Below, in pieces: positions 1 through 13,966 of a DNA stretch of 64,000 nt (within the stretch, counting starts at the first letter, position 1; every line of letters begins with the position of its first letter). The translations under genes and the position numbers were made by a program. The stretch covers positions 2,671,589 through 2,735,588 of the forward strand of contig MU053994.1 of assembly GCA_013239625.1 (NCBI GenBank). The letters are read 5' to 3'. The stretch is from Lama guanicoe (taxonomy: Eukaryota). The notes under the pieces are model-generated. The model was not told where the DNA came from and did not search any database. It saw only the letters and a program-made list of their open reading frames with translations.

Positions 1-51
1 TGAGTGATATCATATGGTATTCTTCTTTCTCTTTCTGGCTTACTTCACTTA
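1..51 (-). mobile_element. L1 3' UTR fragment, continues off the window edge
   Basis: 'gtgatatcatatggtattc...ctttctggcttacttcactta' matches the minus-strand L1 3' UTR also seen at ~11380-11430. Confidence 0.65.
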
Positions 52-94
52 CATTTTTAGAGCACTGCAAAAAGAACAAAAGTAACACCCAAAA

Positions 95-160
95 ATAAAG
101 AATATGCAACAGAGACCACATGTGGCCCAGAGAGCCTAAAATGTTTACTATCTGTCCCTC
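95..160 (+). mobile_element. MER58-like hAT-Charlie fragment
   Basis: 'gagaccacatgtggcccagagagcctaaaatgtttactatctg' resembles the MER58 terminal motif. Confidence 0.55.
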
Positions 161-164
161 TGCA

Positions 165-1845
165 TTTTTACAGTCATGCCCTTGCCCCGCCCATAACCCC
201 TGGAAACCACTAATCTTTGTCACTATAGTTTGTCTTTGAAAAATGTCATACAAATGGGATCATACAGTGTGTAGCCTTTTGAGAATTTGGAGCACACCAC
301 CTTTGAGATTCAACCATGTTGTTGCATTTGTCAGTAGTTCTTTCCTTTTTATTGCTGAGTAGTATTCTATTGTATGGATATACTACCATTTGTTTATTCT
401 TTCACCTGTTGAGGGGCATTTGGGTTGTTTCCTGTTTTGGCATTTATGAACAGAGCTGTTATGAACATTTATATATAGATTTTTGGGTGAATATGTTTTC
501 ACTTCTCTAGGGAAATACCTAGGCGTGTGATTGCTGGGTCATACGGTAAGTGTGTGTTTAAATTTATAAAAAAAACAAACTGCCAAACTGTTTTTCAAAG
601 TGGCTGTACCAGTTTGCATTCCAAATAGTAATGTATGAGAGTTCCAACTGGCTGTGCATCCTTGTCAGCAGTTGGCATTGTCAATATTTTTTATTGTAGC
701 CATTCTAATAAGTAGATAGTGCTATTTCCTTGTGGTTTTAATTTGCATTTCCCTAATGACTAATGATGTTGAACATCTTTTTATGTGCTTATTTGCCATC
801 CCTCTATCCTCTTTGGTGAAGTGTTGGTTCAAGTCTTTTGACATTAAAAAAAAAACTTTTTTATTATAAAATAACTAAATTCACAGGATATTGCAAAGAT
901 AGTAGAGTGAGGTCCCATGTACACTTCACCGAGTTTGCCCCAATGTTTATATCTTAGTACCAAAACCAGCAATTGACATTGGAATGATGTGTGTGTATAG
1001 TTCTACTCCATGTTGTCATTTGTGGAGATTCGTATAAACACCACTGCAAGCAAGAGGCAGAGCTGCTCCATCACCACAAATATCTCCCTTGTGCTTTATA
1101 GTCAGCCACGCACCCCCTCTCAAACATCCCTAACTCCTGGAAACTAGTCATTTGTTTTCCATCTCTACACTTTTGTCACGTTGAGAATGCTATATAAATG
1201 GAATCATATAATATGTGACAGCTTGAGGTTCACTTTTGTCACTCAGCATGATACTCTCAAGATCCATCCAAGTTGTTGCATGTATCAAGAGGTCATTGCT
1301 TTTTATTGCAGAGAAATTATTCCATGGTATAGATGTACCACTGTTTGTTCACTATTCAACCACTGAGGAACATTTTGGTTGTTTCAATTTTTTGGCTATT
1401 GCAAATAATGTTGCTCTGATCATTTATGTACGAGTTTGTGTGGGCATAAATTTTCATACGTCTGGGGTAAATGCCCAGGAGTGTGATTGCTGGATTGTAT
1501 TTTAAGATTTTGCTCGTTTTAAAAGTTGGGCTGTTTGTTTTCTTATCGTGTAGTTTTGACAGTTTTATACCTACTGGATACAAGTCCTTTCTTTCAATGG
1601 ATCATGTTTTTGGTGTCATGTTTAAAGAATCGTTGTCTAGCCATTGATAATGATAATTTCTCCAACTTTTCATTCTAAAAGGTTTACAGTTTTATGTTTT
1701 ACATTTAGATATGGGATCCATTTTGAATTAATTTTGGGATAAGGTGTGAGACTTAGATCCAGGTTCACTTTTTTTTTTGCATGGGGATGTCCAATTGTTT
1801 TAATACAATTTGTTGAACAGTCTGTTCTTCCTCCATTGAATTGCC
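165..1845 (-). mobile_element. Nested old L1M (L1MB/MC-type) 3' UTR and ORF2-end fragments
   Basis: Typical minus-strand L1 motifs 'tggttttaatttgcatttccctaatgactaatgatgttgaacatc' and 'ttgctgggtcatacggtaag'; ORF 1356-1583 gives 'PAITLLGIYPRRMK'. Confidence 0.85.
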
Positions 1846-2190
1846 AAACTGATACATGCTACAATATGAATGAACCGTGAAAACATTCAAGAAGGAAGCT
1901 ACCCATAGAAGACCACATACTGTGTTCATTCCATTTATATGAAATGTTGAGAATAGGCAAATCTATAGAGACAGAAAGTAGAGTAGTGGTTGCCTAGGGC
2001 CGGTGGGTTTAGGAGGAAATGAGGAGTGACTGCTCATAGGTACAGGGTTTCTTTATGAGGGGACAATGTTCTAAAATTGATTGTGGTGATAGTTACAGAA
2101 CTTTGTTAATATTACTAAAAATATTGAATTGTACACTTAAAATGAACAGTATGGTATGTGAATGACATTTCAATAAAGCTGTTATAAAAT
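1846..2190 (+). mobile_element. L1MB-type 3' end
   Basis: 'gaataggcaaatctatagagacagaaagtagagtagtggttgcctaggg...caataaagctgtt'. Confidence 0.8.
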
Positions 2191-2659
2191 TTTTTTGAAG
2201 AAGAAAGAATATTTGTGAAATCAAGTAATGATAGCATAGCAACAAGCAAAAATTGAGGATAACTGAGTAAGAAGTAAGTAATTTCAGACAATTTTAGAGC
2301 AGAGCAATAGTAAGAGTTGCTAAGAAAGTTATTTTGAGCTTATGGAGTGTTTGATGAGTTTTGAACATAAATTTCTTTAAAATGACTCAAGCCTGTCATT
2401 CATAGAGTGCTGGTAGGAGTGTAAGCTGACATAACCTTTATTGAAAGCAACCTGTCAAGGTGTATCAAGAGGTTTTTAATTTTAAACTCTAACAATCTTT
2501 TACCCAGTAATAAAGGAATTTATTATCCTAAGAAAATAACTTAAAATACATTCAAAGATTTATGAAAAAAGGTAATGCTAAAAATTTAGAGGTAATCAAA
2601 GAGAACATGGTTAAGTACAACCATGCAATGACTACTGAACGGTCATCAAAACGTCTTTT

Positions 2660-2835
2660 TTCAACAGCAAGGTCCTACTGTAGAGCACAGGGAACTATAT
2701 TCAATACCTTGTAATAGCCTATAATGAAAAAAAATGTAAAAAGAAACATATGTGTATAACTGAATCACTATGCTGTACACCAGAAATTAACACAACATTG
2801 TAAATCAACTATACTTCAATAAAATTTTTTTAAAA
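2660..2835 (+). mobile_element. Cetartiodactyl-type L1 3' end
   Basis: 'agcacagggaactatattcaatacc...tgtaaatcaactatacttcaataaaa'. Confidence 0.85.
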
Positions 2836-2844
2836 ATCCTTCTT

Positions 2845-5800
2845 CTAACACTTTTATTAAGGTGTAATTTTTTTGAGGTGTAATTTATATATGAGAAACT
2901 GCATTTATTTAAAGTATACAATTTGATAACTTTTGAGATATATATGTTCATTAAAATATCACCATAAAACCAGGGGAAGGGAGGTGGGAAGGGATAAGTT
3001 TGGGAGTTTGAGATTTGCAAATGTTAGCCACTATATATAAAACTAGATTAAAAAAACAAATTTCTTCTGTATAGCACAGGGAACTATATTCAGTATCTTG
3101 TAGTAACCTTTAATGAAAAAGAATATGAAAATGAATATATGTATATATATGCATGACTGGGACATTGTGCTGTACACCAGAAATTGACACATTGTAACTG
3201 ACTATACTTCAAATAAAAAAAAATAAAGGTAAAACAAAAAGGTTATTTAAAAAATATTTATCACCGTAATAGGATAATGAACATGTTCATCACTCCCAAA
3301 AGTTTCTTCATCCCCCTCCCTCTTGCTCCTCACCAACCACCACCATCCGCTGGGCAACCACTGATCTGTTTTCTGACACTATAGACTTGTCTGCATTTTC
3401 TAGAATTATATATAAGTGGAATTATACTGCTGTGTACTTTTGGTCTGAGTTATTTCACTTGGAATGATTATTTTTGGATTCATCTGTATTGTGTGTATCA
3501 ATAGTTCATTCCTTTTTAATTGTGAGTGTAACCCATTCTATGGGTATACCATTTATTTATTCATTCACCCATTGATGGATATTTGGGTGGTTGTTTCAGT
3601 TCTTGGCCAGTAAATGAAGCTGCCATGAAAATGCATGTACAAGTCTTTGTATAGACAATATGCTTTCCTTTCCCCTGGATAAATACCTAAAAATGGAAGA
3701 GCTGGATCATATGGTAGGTGTATGTACCACTTCTTAAGCAACTTTCAAATTGTTTTCCAAAGCGGCTGTACATTTTATATTCCAATAAGCAGTATATACA
3801 AATTACAGTTCTTTCATATCCATATCAACTCTAGGCACAGTCAGTCTTAATTGTAGCCATTTAAAAAGGTGTAAGGTAGTGTTTCATTGTGGCTTTAATT
3901 TCCATTTCCCAAATAACTAATGATTTTGAACATTTTTTCACGTGCTTATTTGCCATCCATATATCTTCTTTGGTGAAGCATCTGTACAAATCTTTTGCTC
4001 ACTTTTATTTATAGAATTGTTGGTTTTCTTATTATTGAGCTTTGAGAGTTCTTTATACATTTTCAATACAAGCCCTTTATGAGATATATGATTTACAAAT
4101 ATTTTCTCCCAATGTGTAGCTCATCTTTTCATTCTCTTAACAGTATCTTTTGAAGAGAAGTTTTACATTTTGATGAAATCCAATTCATCTTTTTTTTTTT
4201 CATGGATCAAACTTTTGGTGCTGTTTCAAGGAAATTTTTGCATGACTCAAGGCCACAGTTTTCTCTTATGTTTTCTTCAGGAAGTTAAAAAAAATTTTAC
4301 ATATAGGTCATTCATCTATTTTGTATCCATTTTTGTTGTGAGGTATAGATTCAAATATATATATTTTTTGCATATGGAGAACTAGTTGTTTCAGCACAAT
4401 TTGTTGAAAAGACTATCCTTTCTCCACTGAATTGTTTTTTGTCAAAAATCAATTGTCCACATATGTGTAGATTTATTTCTGGACCCTAATCCATTCCTTT
4501 AATCTAATTGGCTATCTTGATGTCAGTCCCACAGTGTCTTGATTACTGTAGCTTTGTAAGTTTTTGTAATCAATTTGTTTTAATCTTCTCATTTTGTTCC
4601 TCTTTTTCAAAGTTATTTTGGCTATTCTAGGTCCTTTGCACTTCTATGTGAAATTTAGGACCATCTTGTCAGTTTGTACCAAAAAGTCTGCTAGAATTTT
4701 GATTGGGACTGCATTTAATCTATAGACCAATTTGGGGAGAATTGACATAATCATAATAATAATAAGTGTTATGACGTATGAATACAGTACATCTCTCTAT
4801 TTAGGTCTTGTTTAATTTCAGCAATGCTTTGTAGTTTTTAGCATACATATTTTTCCACATCTTTTGTTATATTTACTGCTAAGTTTTAACTATTTTTGAT
4901 GCTATTCTAAATAGTATTTTTAAATTTTAACTTATGATTGTTTGTTAATGGTATCTAAAAATATAATTGATTTTTGCATATTGATCCAAACTTCCATTCC
5001 TGGGACAAACCTCACTTGGTCGTGACGCATTATCCCTTAATATACTGTTGGATTCAATTTGCTAAAATTTAATTTAGAATTTTTGTGTCTCTGTTCATGA
5101 GGGATATTCATCTTTAATTTTCTCTTCTTGCAATGTCCTTATTAGGTTTTGGTATCAAGGTAGTGTAAGCCTTATAGAATGAGTTGGGAAGTATTCCTTT
5201 CTCCAGTTTTTTGTAAGAGTTGCAAAGAATCAATATTATTTCTTCCTTAAATATTTCATAGAATTCACCAGTGGAGACATCCAGGCCTGGTATTTTCTTT
5301 GTAGGAAAATTTTTTTTAACTGAAAATTCCATTTATCTAATATAGCACTTTTTAAATTTTCAATTTTTTTTTTAGTAAACTCAAGAAATTCCATTTTATT
5401 GCTCTCAAAGTACCAGCTTTGGGTTTCATTTATTTTCTTTATCATTTTTCCGTTGTCCATTTCATTGATTTCTGTTCTGATCTTGATTATTTCTTTTCTT
5501 CTGCTTAATTTGTGTTTAATTTGCTCTACCACTTTCTTAAGGTAGAAGCTAATGTAACTGATTTGAGCCCTTTCTTATTTTCTAATATAAGTATTTAGTG
5601 CTATAAATTTTCCTGTAGGTACTGTTTTAGTGGCATCCCACAATTTTGTTAGGTTGTGTTTTCATTTTCATTCAATTCAAGATACTAATTTTCCTTTTGA
5701 TTTCTTCTTTGACCTGTGGGTTATTTAGATGTGTGTTATTTAGTTTTCAAATGTTTATGGATTTTTCAGATGTTTCTGTTCTTGATTTTTAATTTAAATT

Positions 5801-6385
5801 CCATTGTGCTTACAGAACATGTTTTATTTGACTTAGATCCTTTTAAATTTATTGAGACTCATTTTATACCTTATAATATGGTCTCTCTTGGTCAACGTTC
5901 CATATGCAATTGAGAAGAATGTATATTCTGCTGTTGTTAGAAGGCATGTTGTATAAATGTCAATTAGGTCAAACTGGTTGATTGTGTTCTTCAAGTTTTC
6001 TATAGCTTTACAGATTTTTCTTTTTGCTTTCTCTATCAATTATTTAGCAGGGGTATTGAAATAAAATATAATTGTGAATTTGTCTGCTTCTCCCTTCAGT
6101 TCTCTCAGATTTTGCTTCATATATATTTGGAAACTCTGTTATTAGGCACATGAATGTTTTAGATCATGTCCTGGTGAATTGACTCCTTTATCAGTATAAA
6201 ATGATCTTCTTTATCCCTGATGGTTTTCTCTGCTCTTTATCCCTGATGGATTTCCCTGATGGAAATCTACTTTGTCTGATATTAATCTAGCTGCTCAAAA
6301 TTTCTTCTGATTAATGTTAGTACGATATTTCTTTTTTCATCATTTTACTTTTAACCTACTTGTGTTTTTATTTTTAAAGTGCATT
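2845..6385 (-). mobile_element. Old L1M (3' UTR plus decayed ORF2), interrupted by a younger L1
   Basis: ORFs 5114-5332 (KKIPGLDVSTGEFYEIFKEE..LPNSFY), 5236-5532 (RRKEIIKIRTEINE) and 5833-6039 (DLIDIY..TAEYTFFS..GTLTKRDH) are L1 ORF2 motifs. Confidence 0.9.
2968..3257 (+). mobile_element. Young 5'-truncated L1 3' end
   Basis: L1 3' UTR with A-tail; approximate TSD tatcaccataa / tatcaccgtaa. Confidence 0.85.
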
Positions 6386-6504
6386 TCTTAACTCATTCCC
6401 TTATGAGAAAAAAACCTACCAATCAGAATACAATGAGTATGTACAATTCCTTTGCCTATAGCCTTGTAGTTTCCAGTAAAAGCATCATCTTCCAAATTCA
6501 CATT

Positions 6505-7860
6505 AATCAACTTTTTTTTGTTTTGCATACATTAGAGTTCACCTTTGAAATATACATTTCTATAGATTCTATACATTTCAGATGCAGAGTTGTAACTGAG
6601 CAGAACCCTATTGTCATCATCGGTGACCATCTGATATCCATAGCTATGTTTGTAACTGCTTAACTGTATAATGGTTTAAAGGATTTTTCTCATGCTCTTG
6701 CTGACCAGGGTTAGGCTGGAGAGGAGGGAGGCTTGGGTGGTCTGCCCAACCCCCTCATGGTGCTGTGTGAGGGGACCATGCTCAGTGCCCTGCTTTTGTC
6801 CCCAGTGCCCTTCTCTTGACCCTGACACCTCAGAAATGGCAATTGGGTATTTTGTGCATTTTGTTGTTCATAACTTGCCCCAATTGTGCATGTCTGCAGT
6901 TGTTTTCAACCACCTTGTGGTTTCCTTGTATCCTGTTGTTTGAGCTGCAGGCCTCAGCCTGCAGCAGGGGGTGCCAGACCTCAGCCTGCTTAAAAGGCTA
7001 AAAGCATTTATCAACCTGACTTTAAACTGCACAAGTTTTTCTCCAGAGCTCTTTTCCATAGACCCCCTTCCTATGCGTTCTTTGTTCTAGGTATGAGAAT
7101 ATTAAGAGTCCCAAATCTAGAGGTGAACTTCATACCCAGCAGAGGGAAAGGGACCACTGCATTTGCAAAAACAACTTTACAAAAATTTGTTACCCTGTAT
7201 ATAATCTCTATGGAAACTAGCTCTTCCCCTTGAACTCTTGAATTTTTACTATAAAACCCCCGGCCTTCTCTCCCCAGGAGGCTCACAGTCTTAGAGGCAT
7301 TAGCCCACTGTGACCTCCTTTGCCTGGCGAAGAAATAAAGCTGCCTTTTCTACTTCATCAAAAACTATTTCCTCAAGTCTCAATTTGGTAAGCAGAGTAC
7401 AGAGGCCATGTTTCTGCAACAGAGTCATGGATCTATTACCCCAGTACCATACAGAACAATCCATTCACCCTAAAAGCCCCCCTGTGCATCTTCTTTATAG
7501 TCAACAACTCAAGTCTTCCCAGCCCTCAGCAACCACTAATTTGTTTTTCGTCCCTATCATTTTGCCTTTCCTATAGTCACATGAATGGGATTATACAATA
7601 TATACAATGTGTAGCCTTTTTTGCTTGCCTTCTTTCATTTAGTAAAATGCACTTAAGATTCATCAATGTTGATGAATGAATCAATAGCTCATTCCTTTTT
7701 ATTGCTGACTAGTATTCCTATGCTTGGATGTACTACAGTTTGTTTATCCTTTCCCATGATAAAAGACAACCTCATTGCTTCCAGTTGTTAGCCATTAGGA
7801 ATAAAGCTGCTATAAACTTTTGTGTATAGTATTTTGTGTGGATATAATCTTTCAAATCAC
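6505..7860 (-). mobile_element. L1MC-type 3' UTR split by a solo LTR
   Basis: L1 sequence resumes across the LTR ('...gatgcagagt | catggatctattacc...'). Confidence 0.7.
6591..7421 (+). mobile_element. Solo LTR, ERV1 class
   Basis: TG...CA termini (tgtaactgag...tgcaaca), 4-bp TSD gagt/gagt, TATAAAA at ~7250, AATAAA at ~7334. Confidence 0.9.
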
Positions 7861-7864
7861 TTTA

Positions 7865-8360
7865 TGTATACAGGGGCTAAATGGATAAGTAAATGCGTGA
7901 TGGATGGTATGTCCAGGTTTCTCTCTGTCAGAGAGGAAAGTGAAAGATAATCAAGAAAGGAAAGCAGCAATGAAGTATATGATACTGGATTAGAGACTGA
8001 GTCGTAAGTATGAACTTATGTTTACCTTAATAAAAATATGAATAGAGACAGAAGTCACTTTAGGTATGTGTGTATATGTAGGTTAGTATACATACATGTA
8101 TTACTTATCTCTGTTCATTGAGAGGGCCTAGAAGCAATGCCACCCAATAGCAACAAGCACATCCAGACCTTAATTTCTGCTATAAAAGAAATCAGGAATC
8201 CTTAGAGAAATAGCTGATTTTAGGACCAGGACACAGAGCATCTTATAGTATTAGAAAATAAGGAAGTGTTCAAAAAACCAAAAAAAGATGAGAGTATGTC
8301 AAAATGACACATGAACAAGCCTGAAAGTGCTACCATTAGCCAAAGCCAGAACAAACTGAG
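7865..8360 (+). mobile_element. L1MC/MD-type 3' UTR fragment
   Basis: 'gagagggcctagaagcaatgccaccc...cttagagaaatagctgattttaggaccaggac'. Confidence 0.65.
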
Positions 8361-8990
8361 TGTCCTTTACAATTTCATTTTATGTCCTTTTTTCCCTTAT
8401 TAGCTGTAACCCTTTATTTTGTTATTTTAGTGGTTGCTTTTGAGCTTACATGATACATCTTTAATTTGTTATAGTAAAACTTCTAGTAATATTATACCAC
8501 TTAAAGCATAGTTTAAGAACCCTGCAATAGTGTGTTTCCGTTTCTCCCCTCCTGGGCACTGTGATATTTATCATGTATTTTGTTTTTGCATGTATTATAA
8601 AACCCACACTATATTTTAAATTATTTCTGTTTATACAGTCAATATCTTTTAAAGATATTTAAAGAATAAGGAAAATATTAGATATTTAGTATGTCATTAT
8701 TATTTCCAATGCTCTTCCTTTCTTTGTGTAGATCTACATTTCCTTTGGTAGCATTTTTCTTCTGCCTAAAGGATTTCCTTTAACATTTCTTATAGTTATG
8801 GTCTGCTGGTGATGAATTCTTTCACTTTTTGTAAGTCTGGAAAAGTATTCTTTTGTCTTTGTTTTTGGAAAATGCTTTTTCTGGGTATAGAATCTTAGGT
8901 TGATTCTTTTTTTCCTTTCAGTACTTTAAGGATGTTGTCCCAATGTATCTTGCTTGCTTTGTTTCTGATGGTAAATATACTATCATACTT
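8361..8990 (-). mobile_element. Old L1 ORF1-end/inter-ORF fragment
   Basis: 'ggtctgctggtgatgaattctttcac...ctgggtatagaatc..tttcagtactttaag' L1 ORF1 C-terminal region. Confidence 0.7.
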
Positions 8991-9133
8991 CTGTTCCATA
9001 GAGCATTCAATCAGGAAGGTAAAATCTTGAGCAGAGTAGATCTTCATAGGCACAGGCAAAAGCTGTTGTCCACAGGCAGAATTTCTTCTCCGTTTAAGGG
9101 AAGCCTCAGCTCTGCTTTTAAGATTTTCCAACT
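8990..9133 (-). mobile_element. MLT2 (ERVL LTR) fragment
   Basis: 'gctgttgtccacaggcagaatttcttc...gggaagcctcagctctgcttttaag' MLT2-like motif. Confidence 0.6.
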
Positions 9134-9514
9134 CCTATTATAATGGCTCACTACTTCAAGCAAGTGCTAAAGATTAAGCTAACAAAAGGGTGTGTCTTAA
9201 TAGCATAAAGAGGAGATATCCTTTTATACCCTTGAATTCTGGCAGCAGAAGTGGCCAACTACAAAATTAAGGGTCACTTATATGAGTTTCTTTCTCCTTG
9301 CCCTAGTATTAATTCACCTTTTTTATTCAACACATCTTCTGGACTATTCCTCTTCCTTAGTCAGAATTTTAATAACTATGTATTTTAAGTGAAAGACGAC
9401 CATTGTTTTAGATAATTGAGTGATGAAAGGAACCAGTAAAGTTAACTTTAAAAGTACCAGGGCCAATATAATAATTATCTGGACTAATACTTTCAAATGA
9501 GATTTTTTTGTTGA

Positions 9515-9940
9515 GATCTTCCCTTACAGATAAGGGTGATCAAGTGACTAAATTTTGGCTAATGAGATGTAGGCAGAAGTTTTGGGTGGGGATTCTGGGA
9601 AAGGTCATTTAAAAAGGAGTTGACTCACCTGGAAAGTGCTCTTCTGCCCCTTTCCTCTTCTCTTTTCCTCTTTCTTCCAGCTTGGAATGCAGACACAATG
9701 GCTAGAGTTGCAGTGGCCATCTTGCAACCATGAAGCAAACTTTCAGGTGGAAATTGTATGTTTAGAAGGGCAAAGCAGCAAGATAGGAGTAACCTGGGAC
9801 TTGGATGACTTCATGGGTTTGTCAGGCCACTGCTGGATTGCCTACCTCTTCCTAAAAAAAAAAGAAAAATAGCCTACTGATTTATTTCAGCCATCCTTAT
9901 TAAGTGTCTGTTACTAACAGATGAACACAATTCCTAAATG
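9515..9940 (+). mobile_element. Old MaLR LTR (MLT1J/K-like)
   Basis: 'gctaatgagatgtaggcagaag', 'gcagtggccatcttgcaaccatga', end 'ctgttactaacagatgaacacaattcctaa'. Confidence 0.7.
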
Positions 9941-10049
9941 ATGGATTCATATCCACGTGGTAGGCAGTACCTTCTCCCCAATACTTTTCTTCAGATGAGA
10001 CCAGTGTGACCCTGATGTGGAATACTTTTGACCACTAAGTTAGGGTTGT

Positions 10050-10125
10050 GTCTCAGTCTGTCTTACTCTCCACTTCCAAACATTATGCCTGACAAATAGT
10101 ATGTGCTCAGTAAAAATTTATTGAC
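10050..10125 (+). mobile_element. L2 3' tail fragment
   Basis: 'tgcctgacaaatagtatgtgctcagtaaaaatttattga'. Confidence 0.5.
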
Positions 10126-10989
10126 CAATCAGGGGCCTGGCTTAGTCTGGATCCATAACTCTCAGACTCCAGTCTCCAGTTTGGTTAGATTAGCCATGTT
10201 CTAGAGTCATTGTGGTTCCTGCTTGAAAGCAGCAAACAAACCTTGCCTCACTTTAAAGGTAGCAGAGTCTAAAACAATCACAAGGGTTTTTAAAATAGTA
10301 AAGGGCCATTGAAAACAGGAGATCAGGACAATTCCTAAAATGAAAAAAGGCAGGTGATGATGGAGGTACAAGAAGAGATTCCAGGTCCATGTTTATTTCC
10401 TAATCCAGCTCACTGTGGTGTACGTTATGTCTTTTGTTCATCTCTCCTGCCCTTTGGAGTACAAATGCTCATCCACTTAACTTTTGTAAAACTATGATTT
10501 AAAATCAAGTGACCTACATAAATAAGTAATTATCACAGATTAATAAATAATAAGCAAAGGAAGGAGGAAGAAATATACATACATGCTCACGGGTGACAAA
10601 CATAGAAAATCAACAGAGGCATTCTGCCAGGTCACCAGGACAGGGGAAAACCATGAGGGAAGAGAGAGGAGTCAGTTCAGAATATGCCCAGAAATGGTCC
10701 ACATAAATATTAGAGGAAGGAAGTTTTGAAAACCAGATAAATTTTCTCTGACTTTCAAAAATGCATTTAAAATGCATGGAATAGCTGGCATCTAGCTCTC
10801 CTTCTAGAACTGTGTTATCCCTATGACAAACCTATAGCAAAGGAAAATAAAATTGTCAGCCCTTCAAACAAGAGGGACCTGGAGACCATGGTCTATAGGA
10901 AAGAGGACAGGAAGCAGTTTAAGCTATAGGGTGAACCTCTCATACATCTTTTTCTTGTGACACAGGGTCAAGAGTTTATGATCCTAACA

Positions 10990-11179
10990 TTATTATTCAG
11001 CTTTAAAAAAGCAGGAAATCCTGACACTTGTGACAACATGGGTGAACCTGGAGGACATTATAATAAGTGGAATAAGCCAAACACAGAAAGACAAATACTG
11101 CATGATCTCACTTATATGAGGAGTCTAAAATAGTCACACCTAAATATGTACAATTTTTATCAATTATACCTCAGTAAAG
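10990..11179 (+). mobile_element. L1MA-type 3' fragment
   Basis: 'gaacctggaggacattataataagtggaataagccaaacacagaaagacaaatactgc'. Confidence 0.75.
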
Positions 11180-12122
11180 TCCCCTGTGCTATACAGTATG
11201 AACTTGTTGCCTATCTATTTTATATATATTAGTTAGTATCTGCAAATCTCAAACTCCCAATTTATCCCTTCCCACCCCCTTCCCCCTCTGGTAACCGGAA
11301 GTTTGTTTTCTATGTCTGTGAGTCTGTTTCTGTTTTGTAAATAAGTTCATTTGCCTTTTTTTTTAAGATTCCACATGTAAGTGATATCATATCGTATTTT
11401 TCTTACTCTTTCTGGCTTATTTCACTTAGAATGACATTCTCCAGGGCCATCCATGTTGCTACAAATGGTATTATTTTATTCTTTTTATGGCCGAATAGTA
11501 TTCCATTGTATAAACATGCCACAGCTTCTTTATCCAGTCATCTGTCGATGAACATTCAGGTTGTTTCCATGTCTTGGCTATTGTAAATAGTGCTGCTATG
11601 AACACTGGGGTGCCTGTAGTTTTTTGAATTAAAGTTCCCACTGGATATATGCCCAGGAGTAGGACTGCTAGAGTATATGGCAAGTCTATTTTTAGTCTTT
11701 TGAGGAATCTCCATACTGTTTTCCATAATGGCAGCACCAAACTACATTCCCACCAACAGTGTAGGAAGGTTCCCCTTTCTCCACACCCTCTCCAGCATTT
11801 ATCATTTGTGGGCTTTTGAATGACGGCCATTCTGACTGGTATGAGGTGATACCTCTTTGTAGTTTTGATTTGCATTTCTCTGATAATTAGTGATATTGAC
11901 CTTTTTTTCATGTGCTTATTGGCCATTTCTATGTCTTCTTTGGAGAATTGCTTGTTTAGGTCTTCTGCCCATTTTTACATTGGGTTATTTGTTTTCTTGA
12001 TATTAATCTGTATGAGCTGTTTATATAGTCTGGCAATTAAGCCCTTGCAGTCTCATATTTTGCAAATATATTCTCCCATTCCATAGGTTATGTTTTTGTT
12101 TTGCTTATGGTTTCTTTTGCTG
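11180..12122 (-). mobile_element. Younger L1: ORF2 C-terminus plus 3' UTR
   Basis: ORF 11471-11926 gives [39 protein letters not shown], the L1 ORF2 Cys-rich C-terminus. Confidence 0.95.
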
Positions 12123-12745
12123 GAATTAATTAATTTTTTTTAAAAGATGGCAGAGTAGGAGGACACTGAGCTTACCGCCCTCCATCAACACATCAAAAAT
12201 ACATATACATGTGGAGTAATTCTCACTGAAAACAAACTGGAGACTAAAACAGAGACTCTTCTACAACCAAGGCCATTAAGAAAGATCCACACAGAGTTGG
12301 GCAGAAAGGGAAGAGAGTCAATCAGGTCGGGACCCATGCCAATAGGAGACACAGAAACGAAGGGTATATCATGGGTTTGGAGACCCTCCCTGGGGAATGA
12401 TGGGTTCAAACCACATATTAGGCACCTAGGAAGTTGAGCTCCCTTGGCTGACTTGAAAACCAGTGGGACTTACAGAAGGGCTGTAAGAAACAGACTCTGC
12501 TCCTGAGGAACATGTACACAAACTTTCTTGCTCCCAAAACAAGGTGGAGGAAGCAGATTGAAACTGCCTGGGATTCTGGCCAGTTTTCTGTGACTATCAC
12601 AGCATGTGCCCTGGACCATCTAGCACTGGCACAGCTGCCCACTAGGGCCAAGGCTGCATTTACCAATGAGATTGCACACTTGAGGGGTCAGAGCCAGCTC
12701 GGACCTGACACTGCATCTGAACAAGGCCAGAGCGGCCATTACTGC

Positions 12746-13331
12746 TGTAAGCAGATAGGGTAGGGGATCCCCAGAGACAGAGAACCAGGTATGGCTTTCT
12801 TGACTTAAAGAAGCCGTTTTTGGTCGAAGCCATTTTTGGTCTAAGCCATTTTGTGATCTAAGCCTGGTCACAATGCTTGCCTTTGAACAGGTCTCAGTAA
12901 CTAATAGTCTTAAGGAAACAAAAGAATGCAGAAACATTGCCTATTATAGGGCAAGCGAAATAACAACAGCAAGGGTAATATATAAGTTGTAAAGACTCCC
13001 AGTTCTGTTTCAATGGTAAAGATTAGCCTGAAGTGCTCAACCACCAGATCAACTGGAACTTAGTGGATGGTGATGTTGACCTTTTCTGATCCTCGTGACT
13101 TCAATCAATTAAAGCTTGGATTCTGTCAACCATTCAGGCACCTTCATGAATATGCATGCACCCTTAGCTTCCCCTATTCACTCTTCTGAGAGACACTGCT
13201 TTGGGAAAGATCCCTTGTGCTCTCCTTACTTGTTGCAAGTAACAATAGCTCCTTCCTCCTCTCAATCCTTGGCTTGGTTGTGTCTTTTGGCTCAACATTC
13301 ACCAAGAGGTGAACCCAGTTTTTGGGTAACA
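12746..13331 (+). mobile_element. Solo LTR, ERV1-like
   Basis: tgtaagcaga...gggtaaca termini; TSD ctgc/ctgg (3 of 4); the host L1 5' UTR resumes on both sides. Confidence 0.8.
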
Positions 13332-13966
13332 CTGGCAGAGGCAGTGGATTGGGAGTTGTCTCAAGCACTGACTAGTATGCTGAGACCATCCTAGCCTGGG
13401 TCCCAACCCACACCTGCTGCCCACTCTGGCCTCTCTTGTTTCAGGGCTGCTCTCCCCTGGGGCAAAAGTGCCATTGCTGGGAGTGCGGAGAGTACACACA
13501 TAGAGAGAAAGAATCAGCTCAGATCCAACCCTCAGGGCTTCTTCTCCAGCACCTTGGGACGCAGTCTCACCCCCAATGGGTCAGTGATGGTCACTGAGCA
13601 TAGGAGAAGCCCCAGCTCACACCTGGCTCTGGCTCGAGCCCTTCCATCTCCAGCCCCACCTCTCATCAAGGTGACAGCTGCCAGCACACCCTGGGGGAAG
13701 ATGTGACCTGTGCTCATGTCAGATTCAGCTCTCCTGCCAAAGGTACCAGGCACATGCAGACTGCAAAGGGACATTTCCACACAAGGACACCCATTCAAGA
13801 CTGGGATAGGTAACTATTTTACCTAATTTCATAGAGACAGAGAAAGCTTTAAAAAATGAGAAGCCAGAGGAATTTGCTTCAAATGGAAGAACAAGAAAAA
13901 AAAATCCCTGAAAAAAAGCAACTAATGAAACACATAAACAATTTATCACATAAAGAGTTCAGAGCA

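Noticed and set aside
6205..6270. Short tandem duplications (ctttatccctgatgg; also at ~20150, ~44235-44290, ~63930-63990)
   Set aside because: Ordinary slippage duplications, not a spacer-repeat array or CRISPR-like structure
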